Positions 21,126-30,934 are shown, numbered from the whole stretch's first letter. The stretch is DNA of 61,803 bases, filler included, from Candidatus Woesearchaeota archaeon (GCA_003650545.1; 4 parts of 4 records of this genome joined end to end with filler, not necessarily neighbours in it); one strand, 5' to 3'. Notes: generated from the sequence alone by a model not told the origin. Numbers and translations are program-made.

Positions 21126-23381
21126 CTATGCTTTTCTGTAGGATAGTTGAAGCTTTGGCTGCATTATATCATCCAGCTCGAATATTTCCAGGACGTCTTT
21201 TATTTCTTTGGCATAATATGCAAAATCTATATATCTCATGTCGTTCACCAGGTATGTCAGTTTGTATCCATCCGGCGTTATAACTTTTACATATTCGAGC
21301 TGCGTTCCGGGTGTTATCTCTTCCTTGAGCTCATGTATCACCTGATTGGCCAATCTGACCTGTATGGCATTCGGCATAGCATAAGCATCAACATCCATGC
21401 TCAATTTGGTTCTCAATATAAAGTCGTCTATGTTCTTGCCTTTAAGGTCGAAAAGCTCTCGTACCACTTTTCTCATGTCAGCGTTCTGATCCAACACAGC
21501 GATGGCACATTTATTTAATGCGTCATCGAACAGCTTTGACTTGCTGCTTCCCTTGAGACCGGACCCGCTTTTCTTTATCTCGCCGTTGGTTTTCCTTAAT
21601 ATATAGTTTTTTGCCTTGTAGAAGTAGCCTTCATTATATTCTTCTTCTTCAACAAACATATACGAATCAACATTGAACGTTCCCTTGATCCATTTGCGTA
21701 TTTGTTCATTTATTGTATCTACACTCAATCGCCTGTTCGTGTATATACCATCAGTATCAACTTCTATTACACAGTCTTCGTACTCTTCCGTTACCATCCT
21801 TATTATATAACGGCAGAGTCCTACTATGGCTATCCCAACCGCCATATCACCCACGGAAAGGTGGGGATTCCCCATTACACCGTAGATAGAGTTCATCAGA
21901 ACTTTTATTGACCACTGATACGAATGAAGCGCCTGTGCTTCTGATTTATTTCCCTTTGTCTCCGCATCTTTCATCTTCTGCTTGATGATTTTTCTCTGCC
22001 TGAAAAATTCAACCATTTCTTTTTTGAGAAATCCTTCATCCTTTAGATTTATTTTTATAACCACATCTTTGTTGAAATTTCTGTCAGGTATGTTAAGCCA
22101 CATAACATTACCCTTTCGGCAGAACCTGTATTCTCCTGTATACTCTCTGAACTCTTTTATCTTCGTTGTTTCGGGAGAAAGATTGAACGTTCGGATGGAT
22201 GACGGATACATCGACATAAAATCGTACTTAAATACCTTCTTATGGAAACCTTTCTTTTTCTCATCTATGGTAACATATGCTGCTTCATACCTTGTTCCGG
22301 TATCTTCATATCTTACCATATTTGACTCAAATGGGTATATATTTCTTTTTACCAGCTCCCGTCCTATAAAGATCCTGGGGATCAGACTTGGTGTGCCATT
22401 GACGGCCATATCCAGAGGTATTTTCATAAATTCAGCAAGAGATATGAATCTGGGAAGGTATATTTTGCATAACTCTCTTGTAAGATTTACGTCGCTGACG
22501 AGATATTCTGTTACCTCATCCCGCTCATTCATGTATGCTGAAAGCATATTAGTTTTCTTTTCGGCGGGCAGATCCTTTATGTTTGGTATATTGAAGTATT
22601 TTCCCACAGTTTTCATCTGCATATTCTTGATCTCGCCAACAAGAACCTGGTCTCTCTCGACTGCGCTGAATATGTCAAAATGTACTCTTTTGTGAGTCTG
22701 ATAGAACGGAACGTTTTTTCCGAACTTTGATGATCTCTTCGAAATTATCTTTCTTCTAGTCCTGCTTAATGCCAATCCTATATCCTTTAACTCATATTTC
22801 ATACATCTTTCATAGATGAAGGGTATATCAAATCCCATGCTGTTGTATCCGACTATTATATCAGGATCTATGGCAATAATGTACTCTATAAACTCTGCCA
22901 GCATGGATTTCTCGCTCTCATCGTGACTGAAACAGATTATTGGATCGTCGTTGAGCGCAGTTCCGATCATCATTATCGGCAGCCTGTCGGGACCGGGAAA
23001 TATCCCCTTTCCATCGGTTGCAACTTCTATATCCATATACAGTATATCATACTCTTCTGTAGGATAATCTACGAAGAAATCAGGCATATCCATACACAAT
23101 GCCTCTATATATGGCTTGTAATATACGCCGCCTTCCCTGCCTGCATTCGTATTGGATTTCCAGAAATTCAATGCTGCACCTTCAATGTAAAAATCAATCT
23201 TCTCTGCACAGATTTCCTTGCCGGTATGAAGATCCCGGCATTTGAAATTTCCGGTGGGAGCATGTCTGATGCAATATGGCTTGAACGGCGGAGACATCTC
23301 AACAGTTTCCTTGCCGGTTGTGATTTCCAGTATATCCCTGCCTGATTTGTTGATCAATTCTGCTTTCAATGGTATTTTCAT
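21126..23381 (-). CDS. polB: Family B DNA polymerase with 3'-5' exonuclease
   Basis: ExoI DIE, ExoII YNSMGFDIPF, ExoIII YLVSD, DFMSMYPS, KVLMNSIYG, DTDG. Confidence 0.96.
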   Translation of the reverse strand: MKIPLKAELINKSGRDILEITTGKETVEMSPPFKPYCIRHAPTGNFKCRDLHTGKEICAEKIDFYIEGAALNFWKSNTNAGREGGVYYKPYIEALCMDMPDFFVDYPTEEYDILYMDIEVATDGKGIFPGPDRLPIMMIGTALNDDPIICFSHDESEKSMLAEFIEYIIAIDPDIIVGYNSMGFDIPFIYERCMKYELKDIGLALSRTRRKIISKRSSKFGKNVPFYQTHKRVHFDIFSAVERDQVLVGEIKNMQMKTVGKYFNIPNIKDLPAEKKTNMLSAYMNERDEVTEYLVSDVNLTRELCKIYLPRFISLAEFMKIPLDMAVNGTPSLIPRIFIGRELVKRNIYPFESNMVRYEDTGTRYEAAYVTIDEKKKGFHKKVFKYDFMSMYPSSIRTFNLSPETTKIKEFREYTGEYRFCRKGNVMWLNIPDRNFNKDVVIKINLKDEGFLKKEMVEFFRQRKIIKQKMKDAETKGNKSEAQALHSYQWSIKVLMNSIYGVMGNPHLSVGDMAVGIAIVGLCRYIIRMVTEEYEDCVIEVDTDGIYTNRRLSVDTINEQIRKWIKGTFNVDSYMFVEEEEYNEGYFYKAKNYILRKTNGEIKKSGSGLKGSSKSKLFDDALNKCAIAVLDQNADMRKVVRELFDLKGKNIDDFILRTKLSMDVDAYAMPNAIQVRLANQVIHELKEEITPGTQLEYVKVITPDGYKLTYLVNDMRYIDFAYYAKEIKDVLEIFELDDIMQPKLQLSYRKA

Positions 23382-23396
23382 GGAAACTCCACATGT

Positions 23397-24581
23397 TTAT
23401 TCGATCATTCCCATTATCAGTCCGCGGTAATTCTTATGCTTCGGCGACTCTATTACTACAGGCAGTGCAGGATGATCAGGTAAAGATATTGTTACGGTCG
23501 AGTCCTTTTGGTCACCGAGAACACTGATCATATCTTTGATAATTCCTGCATTGACCTTTACTTCGCTTGAATATAGTCTCTCATTATGCTGTTCCACTCC
23601 ACTTTTAGTATCAGTTTTCCCTGTAACGGTAACAGCATCAATTGACTCAGTCATTTTGGACCGCGAGTATTCGTTCTTTGCTTCAACAGTTAAGGATGAC
23701 TGGCCGTCCGGATTGTGCATTATATTGATAACAGCTCCAGGATCAACACTGTCTCTGAGTATATTTTCTGCCTGGTTTAATGAAGATATTATTTCATTTA
23801 CGGAAACAGTTCCGGAAACAGAAAACGTTTTCGGAACAAGTTTTCCGATATCAAGGAATCTGTCTTTCTCTATTAATTTGGCCAGTATAAAGTGAGGATA
23901 TGCCACAAAGAGAAGATATCGTTTTCCTATTGTAAAATGAACAACCGCATCTTTGCCTTTCTTTGATGCGTCTTTGCAGAACTTCTCTATCAGCTTTGCA
24001 GCAGAAAGTGATATTGTGCCCGCTCCTCTATTCTCACCGGCTGCTTCCGTCCACTCATATGCCACTCTAACTGCATCAGTGGCACAGAATTCTATGAACT
24101 CATTTCCTATGTGTATCATAACACCATGCAGCTCTGGCTTTGTCGGCTTGGGAAGAGCACAGATTTTTACTCTTTTCAGGATTCCTTCCGCTATTCCAGC
24201 GTTTGCCGTTACAGACCCTTTCGTAGTCAGCTTCGGAATGTCGGGAAAAATGTCTATGCTGTTTATTACATATTCGCTTCTTGAGCTTTTAATAGAAACT
24301 TCATTATATCTTTTTACTATACTTATTTCGCCCGGCAGTCGGGATACTATATTTTTGAATTGTGTAGCCTTTACAATAAATTCAAATGGTTTGTCTGCTG
24401 TGCAGCCTATTCTTGTTGTTATTATTATATCTGCAGACGCACCATAAAGATCGACGGTATGATCACTGTTGACTACAACCCTGACAAAATCACTCTCTAT
24501 TTTTTCATCATGTGGAGCTTTAGAGACTGCAGGTCCTATCGTATCGAGCGCTTTTTTAAGGTCTTTTGCAGAACACCTCAT
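23397..24581 (-). CDS. dnaN: DNA polymerase III beta sliding clamp-like protein
   Basis: 394 aa; FPDIP, PELHGV, CATDAVRVA (~VATDGHRLA), C-terminal GLIMGM (~YVVMPM). Confidence 0.8.
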   Translation of the reverse strand: MRCSAKDLKKALDTIGPAVSKAPHDEKIESDFVRVVVNSDHTVDLYGASADIIITTRIGCTADKPFEFIVKATQFKNIVSRLPGEISIVKRYNEVSIKSSRSEYVINSIDIFPDIPKLTTKGSVTANAGIAEGILKRVKICALPKPTKPELHGVMIHIGNEFIEFCATDAVRVAYEWTEAAGENRGAGTISLSAAKLIEKFCKDASKKGKDAVVHFTIGKRYLLFVAYPHFILAKLIEKDRFLDIGKLVPKTFSVSGTVSVNEIISSLNQAENILRDSVDPGAVINIMHNPDGQSSLTVEAKNEYSRSKMTESIDAVTVTGKTDTKSGVEQHNERLYSSEVKVNAGIIKDMISVLGDQKDSTVTISLPDHPALPVVIESPKHKNYRGLIMGMIE

Positions 24582-24610
24582 AGATTATATCCTCCAACTT
24601 AAATTTTTGG

Positions 24611-25102
24611 CTAAATTTTGTTCATATTATTTATAAGATACCCAAGCTGCTGAAGTCTTTCTCCCACAAATCTAAGGTTTTCCATTATATGTTTCCATAT
24701 CTTGATCTCTCTGGTCAGTCTGTTCACCTCTTCCGCTGCTTTTTTTAAGTCTTCATCTGAAGATGATGCAGTTATCGTCCGTGCCGCAGACTCTTTCTCC
24801 GCCACGGAAAGACGGTCAGACTTCGGTCTTGAAAGCTGTTCTTTTGCAATGGCAAGCAGCGCTTTATGATAGTCTATTTCCATGTCGGAGTTGACGGCGT
24901 TATAGAGTTCCTCTGCTTTACTAAGCTCAGACTCTGCAAGAGCAAGTTCAAAATTTGCCTCCTGGATCAATGATGTCAGTTCAGCATTGAGTCTGACCAG
25001 AACTACGCTGTTGGCATCCGGGGGTATATTTATAGTAAACTTTTTCCGAAGTTCTTCAAGTGTGTATTCATTTCCTCCTCGTCCAAACACCAGGTTATCC
25101 AT
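24611..25102 (-). CDS. Coiled-coil protein, possibly a UvsY-like recombination mediator
   Basis: All-helical heptad pattern, 163 aa, near RecA genes; UvsY similarity is inference only. Confidence 0.45.
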   Translation of the reverse strand: MDNLVFGRGGNEYTLEELRKKFTINIPPDANSVVLVRLNAELTSLIQEANFELALAESELSKAEELYNAVNSDMEIDYHKALLAIAKEQLSRPKSDRLSVAEKESAARTITASSSDEDLKKAAEEVNRLTREIKIWKHIMENLRFVGERLQQLGYLINNMNKI

Positions 25103-25736
25103 TTTTTATCACTCCTCTTCTATCTTTCAGAGTGTCAAATACTGCTGTTATTAGTTTCCAGTCTTTCCATGTAATACGCTTTTTATATCTTATCTCTTCT
25201 TCTGTTCCTCTCAGCAAGGCAGCAGGATGAAGCGTTGGTATTACAACAGTGCCATCCCCGGACTTCATCACTTTCCCTCTCACTTCACTGATCCTTTTAA
25301 CGTTAGGGAGCATATACTTTGCCGATGTGAGTCCGGTTACAACTATAAGCTTTGGCTTTACAACATCTATCTCTGTATCTATAAATTCTCTGCACGCTTT
25401 CAGCTCAGTGGCAGTCGGTGTCCTGTTATGCGGAGGTCTGTGTTTTACAACATTAGTTATGTAAATATCTCTTCTGTCGAATCCTGCAGCATTCAGTATC
25501 TTATCTAGAAGTTTTCCTGCTTTGCCAACGAACGGCACTCCGGTTTTCGACTCATGGAATCCCGGAGCTTCACCTATTATCATCAGGTCAGCATCCAGCG
25601 ATCCGCATCCCCAGACGTACTTTCCATTGTTCCAGAATGTACATCTTTTGCACCTTGCGCATCTCTCCTTTGCTGAATTGAGAGCATTGACTTTTAATTC
25701 TCCGTTACCTATGTCATAAACAGTTAGTTGTCTCAT
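25095..25736 (-). CDS. udg: Uracil-DNA glycosylase family 4 (Fe-S)
   Basis: CxxC..C, IGEAPG..E..G.PFVGKAG, TNVVKHRPP.NR.P, C, HPAALLR. Confidence 0.93.
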   Translation of the reverse strand: MRQLTVYDIGNGELKVNALNSAKERCARCKRCTFWNNGKYVWGCGSLDADLMIIGEAPGFHESKTGVPFVGKAGKLLDKILNAAGFDRRDIYITNVVKHRPPHNRTPTATELKACREFIDTEIDVVKPKLIVVTGLTSAKYMLPNVKRISEVRGKVMKSGDGTVVIPTLHPAALLRGTEEEIRYKKRITWKDWKLITAVFDTLKDRRGVIKNG

Positions 25737-26245
25737 AGAACGAAACTATCCTCGATTACGTCTATTTCATTTTCATTCTGGTGAAAACTAGGGTTATCAT
25801 TGCTGGACAGTTCTTCAGCGTACGACTGTATGTCTTCACGGTGTTTTGATATCAGAAGATTGTGACAGCCGTCAATGCCCGATGAAAAGTCTATATAAAT
25901 ACCAAAGTATAAGTGCTTATTAAAAAATGTTCGGCATGATGCAGCAAGACTTCTGATAGAATCATAAATAAAAGAATTAACTTTTCGTTTTATCATGCGA
26001 GACTCGTTTGTATCACAGACGAAAATATCATCAAGCAAGTCGAAATAGTATTTTAGTGTGCCACCCAGAGAGAATAAATACGGCCAATCTTTATTATTTT
26101 TCTCATTCTCCTTAACGAAATTCACTATTTCTGTATTAATGGCAGAACAGATCAGATCTGCGAAAGCTACAATGAAATTACCTGCAATCTCTCTGTCCCG
26201 GCTGTTACGCATCAGAGTAAGCAATACATATCGCCTGTTGTCCAT
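25733..26245 (-). CDS. Hypothetical protein
   Basis: Coupled ORF with GGAGA RBS. Confidence 0.7.
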   Translation of the reverse strand: MDNRRYVLLTLMRNSRDREIAGNFIVAFADLICSAINTEIVNFVKENEKNNKDWPYLFSLGGTLKYYFDLLDDIFVCDTNESRMIKRKVNSFIYDSIRSLAASCRTFFNKHLYFGIYIDFSSGIDGCHNLLISKHREDIQSYAEELSSNDNPSFHQNENEIDVIEDSFVL

Positions 26246-26261
26246 TCTTTTCTCCTTTATA

Positions 26262-26558
26262 CTACGGTATCCACCGCTCTATCAGAGTCTGTGCGATGTT
26301 TCCGCCTCTTTTGGCTGTCAGAGCATCTATTTGGCTGTAAACTTCTCTTTCAACTTCATTAACTACATCAAGAAGCAGGGAACGAAGTCTATGGTACACA
26401 AAGAGACATCTTATGCAGACAGGCTTGCCGTGTATTACATCACCAAGTCTTGCCGGCGGTCTGGCCTGTAAACATACAGCACAAGTGAATCTTTCGGCAC
26501 GATCTTTATCTGTTCGTCTATCACAATATTTGCCGGTTCTTGCTTTTCCCTGTGCCAT
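26262..26558 (-). CDS. Zinc-finger hypothetical protein
   Basis: CAVC...CIRC; AGGTG RBS. Confidence 0.65.
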   Translation of the reverse strand: MAQGKARTGKYCDRRTDKDRAERFTCAVCLQARPPARLGDVIHGKPVCIRCLFVYHRLRSLLLDVVNEVEREVYSQIDALTAKRGGNIAQTLIERWIP

Positions 26559-26578
26559 GGCGGAACACCTTTCTACAG

Positions 26579-27535
26579 CTATTTATTGGTATCAGGAGAC
26601 TGTATCCAGTCTTTTACATCAGGATTTTCTTCAATGTATCTGATGGCTGCATTTACACCTCTTACCTTTGTCTCACCAATTTCGTATGTCCCAGATGCGG
26701 GATTTCCTATAATTCCTGTCTTTAAACCATATAAAAATAGGTCATGTGACTCATTTATCCCGCCAGTGTAACTGAAATCTATTTTAATTTCTTCATTGCT
26801 GAAGGTGCATATCTTGCTCTTAATTGCCATGCTTACAGTAAATAGGTACCCTCTATCTCTTTCCTTTCTCTCGGAATAATTGCTTCTCCTGACTTTCATT
26901 ATAATGGATGCATAATGAAGCAGGGCCTGGCCGCTGGTTGGACCCTCTGGTGCACCGTATGTATTTATATCGGTTCTAACCTGTGATGTAAATATAACAG
27001 GTATCCCCGACTTGTCTAATCTGTCAGTATACATTCGAAGGAATTGACTCAGCTTTCGCGCCTGAAGTGCTATACTTTCGTCATCAATACTGCGATCTCT
27101 TTCCGCTCTAGTGAGCATTCCGGTTACACTGTCTATTATAACAAGATCCACAAGCCTGCTGTCTATGGCTTCCATAAGAATGGAAAGTCCTTCCTCGCAC
27201 GTAGACGGTTTACACCATAGAAGTTCATCAGTGTCAACCCCCTGGATTTTCATCCACTCGGTAGTCTGTCCCCTTTCATAGTCTATGAAGAGTACACTGC
27301 CTCCTTCTTTCTGGAGTGATCCGACCGTCTTGAGAAGAAACGTAGTTTTTCCTCCTCCTCTCGGTCCGTAGACCATACTCCAGCGTCCCCTGGGCCAGCC
27401 TCCTCCTATAAGATAGTCAACCGAAAATAAACCAGTAGATATGCGCTCATCCTTCAGGTCGCTTGCGGTCATTATAGTATTTTCACCGTACTTCTTGGCT
27501 ATTTCTTCCATAAATCTGGTCTGAGCTTTGTTCAT
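26579..27535 (-). CDS. recA: RecA-like recombinase, canonical Walker A
   Basis: ISTGLFSVDYLIGGGWPRGR, GPRGGGKTT, FIDYE, IIDSV, LQARKLSQFLR, SQVR, SGQALLHYAS. Confidence 0.92.
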   Translation of the reverse strand: MNKAQTRFMEEIAKKYGENTIMTASDLKDERISTGLFSVDYLIGGGWPRGRWSMVYGPRGGGKTTFLLKTVGSLQKEGGSVLFIDYERGQTTEWMKIQGVDTDELLWCKPSTCEEGLSILMEAIDSRLVDLVIIDSVTGMLTRAERDRSIDDESIALQARKLSQFLRMYTDRLDKSGIPVIFTSQVRTDINTYGAPEGPTSGQALLHYASIIMKVRRSNYSERKERDRGYLFTVSMAIKSKICTFSNEEIKIDFSYTGGINESHDLFLYGLKTGIIGNPASGTYEIGETKVRGVNAAIRYIEENPDVKDWIQSPDTNK

Positions 27536-28436
27536 GAGTATCCTCCAGAGATTTTATGAAATTTATACCATTATTATATATTTTATCCATAACTGTCAGC
27601 TTGAGTGCTTCGAAGCTGTCTGAATTGATAAAATCTGTATATCTGTAAGGTGTATCATTATAGTATATGATACCACCCCGCTTTTTCAGAAGGCCCATCT
27701 GATGGCCAATATAAAATATCTCAAAGGCTGAATCGAATCCTTTCTCCCAGAGAAGATCCATCAGTCCTCTCTTTGATGGAAGACATATCTTGCTTGATTC
27801 TATTGTAGCCATTACTCTGTGGCCAATCCTCCTTCCCGAGACATCACGAATTACACCATATTTCCGCATGCTGATCCGCATGGATGCATATTCCTTGAGT
27901 GCTCTGCCTCCCGGAGTAACTTTTACGCCGGGTTTTCCCGGATCATACCTGTACTGGTTCATTAACACAATTGCAACATTGCTTCCATCTACCGCTTCCA
28001 GCAGCGGCGGCATGTTCAAGGAAAGATATTTGGCCTGCATTGTGTTTTCTGATTCATTAATGTCGTGTGTGTGCAGTGCAGCTATCGTATCAACTACGAT
28101 TACACCGCGATTCTTTTCTTCAACGTACTTTACAATTATCTCGAAAACATTTTCGAATCTGCCTGTTCTGACTACAGTTACCGGTCTGCCTGCAATGTTA
28201 AGAACTCTCTCTCTTGTTACACCATGATCAGCATCTATGAAGATGCCTTCATTTTCTCTGAGTGCAGTGAGACCGAGAGTCGTCCTTCCCACCCCAGGAT
28301 CAGATGCTATCTCTGTTATCCTTCCTGCAGGATATCCGCCAGTCATCCAGTCCATTACAGCAGATCCCGTCCTGCAACGTCCTTCAGGTATGGAATTTTT
28401 AATTTTTGCGAAAGCTGTTATCAGTCTTGAAACCAT
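27483..28436 (-). CDS. Second RecA paralogue with Walker A K->R
   Basis: TGSAVMDWMTGGYPAGRITEI, SDPGVGRTT, FIDAD, VVDTIAAL, MNQYR, TPGGRALKEYASMR. Confidence 0.88.
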   Translation of the reverse strand: MVSRLITAFAKIKNSIPEGRCRTGSAVMDWMTGGYPAGRITEIASDPGVGRTTLGLTALRENEGIFIDADHGVTRERVLNIAGRPVTVVRTGRFENVFEIIVKYVEEKNRGVIVVDTIAALHTHDINESENTMQAKYLSLNMPPLLEAVDGSNVAIVLMNQYRYDPGKPGVKVTPGGRALKEYASMRISMRKYGVIRDVSGRRIGHRVMATIESSKICLPSKRGLMDLLWEKGFDSAFEIFYIGHQMGLLKKRGGIIYYNDTPYRYTDFINSDSFEALKLTVMDKIYNNGINFIKSLEDTHEQSSDQIYGRNSQEVR

Positions 28437-28439
28437 AGA

Positions 28440-28805
28440 TCAAACTCCATGGGATTTGGTATATCTGATAGTATTGAGAATATCCATAAAATCATCCATT
28501 CGCATTGTTATATAATTAATACCGTTAAACTTGCATTTTTTGATCACAGCAGGAATCATAAAAAGCTCCAGGGCCTGTCTTTCGATTTTTTCGATTACGT
28601 CCCTGGAGATAGATATGCCCCGGGATGAGGAAGAGTCCATAGCAGTTGTTTTTACTTCTACCAGGAATCCGAAATCTCGCAAAACTTCTATAGTCAAGTC
28701 ACCGTCGTCGTTCAGTGCACCAGAATTAGCGTTTCGCCTTCCTCCTGATATCTTCCGGAGATCTTTTTCTGCTGAATCCCCAGCTCTTCTCGGTGTGTGT
28801 TTCAT
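28440..28805 (-). CDS. Holliday junction resolvase-like PD-(D/E)xK nuclease
   Basis: G..AE..L, NSGA, GD, VEVKTT in 121 aa. Confidence 0.8.
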   Translation of the reverse strand: MKHTPRRAGDSAEKDLRKISGGRRNANSGALNDDGDLTIEVLRDFGFLVEVKTTAMDSSSSRGISISRDVIEKIERQALELFMIPAVIKKCKFNGINYITMRMDDFMDILNTIRYTKSHGV

Positions 28806-28941
28806 TACCTGGCATTCCCCTTTTTCTTCTTATATGGTCAAAAACCAAATCAAGTAAAGGGAGCCCAACAGTTCCTATTACAGTTCCTATAGTCTGCAGC
28901 GTTCTTTTATTCAATGCAAATGCCCCCTTTCCTATCCCCAT
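28726..28941 (-). CDS. Small hypothetical protein
   Basis: GAGG RBS; overlaps the next gene by 80 nt. Confidence 0.45.
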   Translation of the reverse strand: MGIGKGAFALNKRTLQTIGTVIGTVGLPLLDLVFDHIRRKRGMPGNETHTEKSWGFSRKRSPEDIRRKAKR

Positions 28942-28953
28942 CCCGGAACCTCT

Positions 28954-29352
28954 CTAATACAGATCTTTCAGCAAAGACTTAAACTTTCCTAATTTTATCT
29001 TTGTATCATTTGAATATTTGTGATGTTTAAGCCTGGCAAGGCCGGTAATCTCCAGCCACTCACCCAAAGTTTTATGCTCTCTCGGGCTTATTTCTCCTGC
29101 TTCTTTCATGGCACTCAAAATTTCAACAGCATTAATTAGTCTTTCCCTGATTATTCGGCTTTCATTTGCCGCCATTAAATGTGTGCAGCGGAAGCATGAG
29201 ACTTCTACTGCATCTTCATCTGCTTTTACCAGATTTTCACAGCAGATATTTAACGGATCACAGCATCTCATAAGTTTCATATCTTCACCCGCCTCTGCAT
29301 CTTTTATGTCTCTCTGGATGTTTGACTGACTTGCCGCAGTTTTTGCAGACAT
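28954..29352 (-). CDS. Cys-rich hypothetical protein
   Basis: CC..CC..CxxC; start may be the internal MKLMR. Confidence 0.65.
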   Translation of the reverse strand: MSAKTAASQSNIQRDIKDAEAGEDMKLMRCCDPLNICCENLVKADEDAVEVSCFRCTHLMAANESRIIRERLINAVEILSAMKEAGEISPREHKTLGEWLEITGLARLKHHKYSNDTKIKLGKFKSLLKDLY

Positions 29353-29935
29353 ATACCGTTAAGTCATTATTAATCTTTACCATTTCAAATCCTTCAGGTG
29401 GAGAAGCATCTGTATTTGAGTTTTCTTCTTCTGAACCTTCGTCAGGAAGAATATCGTCAATCTTTCCCGAACTTCCGTGAAGAGGAGAAACATTGTTAAG
29501 ATACCTCTTGTACACATCTTCTTTCCCGCTCAGGATCCCCGCAAATTCCGGGAACATATCGCGGAAGATCGTTGATAAGCCATGATAGCATATCAGAAAT
29601 CCTTCAAGCTTCCCTTGCATTGTAAAGCTCTTGAGAAGCCCGGATATCTTGTCCGGTGACATGTCAAATAGCCTCCTTGCAAGTTCAGATCCGTCATCTT
29701 CAGATGCTTTGGTTGCCCATTCGAAGAATATGGGCTCGGCTGCTGCAAGAAGTCTGGTTGTTGCAAGTGCCATTTCATGGTTGGACAGACAGTTGATAAC
29801 ATTATTGATAACATCATCTGTCACTATAGAATCTATTAGATTTACTGAGTGTTCTGCTGATGGTGTAGTCACTTCTTCACCTCCTGGGTTTCTATTGAAA
29901 TCTGCAAATATTCCTTGCATCGTTATCTGCCTCAC
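29285..29935 (-). CDS. Hypothetical protein with C-terminal zinc finger
   Basis: YVCKNCG...HPERHKRC. Confidence 0.7.
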   Translation of the reverse strand: MRQITMQGIFADFNRNPGGEEVTTPSAEHSVNLIDSIVTDDVINNVINCLSNHEMALATTRLLAAAEPIFFEWATKASEDDGSELARRLFDMSPDKISGLLKSFTMQGKLEGFLICYHGLSTIFRDMFPEFAGILSGKEDVYKRYLNNVSPLHGSSGKIDDILPDEGSEEENSNTDASPPEGFEMVKINNDLTVYVCKNCGKSVKHPERHKRCRGG

Positions 29936-29973
29936 AACACCCTCTCAGACGCACGAGAATCGTTTCTGAGAGG
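29936..29973. repeat. 25-bp exact repeat copy 2, extended into a 9-bp perfect hairpin
   Basis: AACACCCTCTCAGACGCACGAGAAT (29936-29960); CCTCTCAGA(29941)...TCTGAGAGG(29973). Confidence 0.9.
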
Positions 29974-29984
29974 ACTTTTCTAAC

Positions 29985-30920
29985 TCACCTATGTCTTATA
30001 CCGCTTTTTAGAATTATAGAGAATGCATCATCACTCTCAAAGGTTCTCAAAGTATTTGATGGATGTTCTAGAATTACTGATATTGTTTTACTTAGAGGCA
30101 CATCCTTATATATAGCTTTTACTTTTCTGAGCTTCTTTGTCCATTTTAGAACAGAATATATGTTTTCCATTCCTATGGTTCCCTCTCCGATGAATGTGTG
30201 TCTGTGTTTATTCGAGCCCATAGGATGTGCAGTATCACTCACATGTATTACATTCAGGGCGCCATTTTCAGCCATCTTTAACAGTACCGGAAAAAGATTT
30301 CCCGTGAATTCTTCCCACGATTTTGCCGGTCTGGTATACATGTATACGTGTGTAATATCTGCACAGGTTGTAATATATGAAGATGGCAGCCCGACCCGCT
30401 CCAGTTCATCCTTTGCTTCCATTACAAGCTCATATAACTCATCTATTTTATCGTTTTGGTTCTCAAATGCAAGGATAACCCTCTCTCCCGGCTTTCGTTT
30501 CAGCTCATGTTCAGTATATGCAATAGCAAATGCCTTAACAGTGTGTATCCTCTTTTCGCGATCCATAGTTCTGTTCTCATGCATAACTGCAATCCCTATA
30601 TTCATTTCCGAACACACAGAAGAATGGTGCATTATTGCGCTCCATGAGCTGCTTCTGATATCAGCATCTTTGCTGAAGATGTTCATTGCATAGGGTGCAT
30701 GAGCTATCACACAGATATTCTTTTCGGCTATTAACTCCTTTATAGCTGTCTTGATGTCTTCTCTGATATCCCGCACAAACATTCTTTGGGGACCTCCAAG
30801 AAATATCTGAACTGTATCAAAACCTAGTTCCCGAGCTCTGTGCATGGCAGCAGTCTTGGGGCCATAAATGTGCGCCCCGTAAAGAACTTTTAAGTATTTC
30901 GACGAAGCCGGTATATACAT
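29985..30920 (-). CDS. nfo: Endonuclease IV (AP endonuclease 2 family, TIM barrel)
   Basis: GAH, QIFLGGPQ, HAPYAMN, FEN, CADITH, IHVSD, HRH..IGEG.IG, ILE. Confidence 0.8.
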   Translation of the reverse strand: MYIPASSKYLKVLYGAHIYGPKTAAMHRARELGFDTVQIFLGGPQRMFVRDIREDIKTAIKELIAEKNICVIAHAPYAMNIFSKDADIRSSSWSAIMHHSSVCSEMNIGIAVMHENRTMDREKRIHTVKAFAIAYTEHELKRKPGERVILAFENQNDKIDELYELVMEAKDELERVGLPSSYITTCADITHVYMYTRPAKSWEEFTGNLFPVLLKMAENGALNVIHVSDTAHPMGSNKHRHTFIGEGTIGMENIYSVLKWTKKLRKVKAIYKDVPLSKTISVILEHPSNTLRTFESDDAFSIILKSGIRHR

Positions 30921-30934
30921 TGAATACCTCGTAT

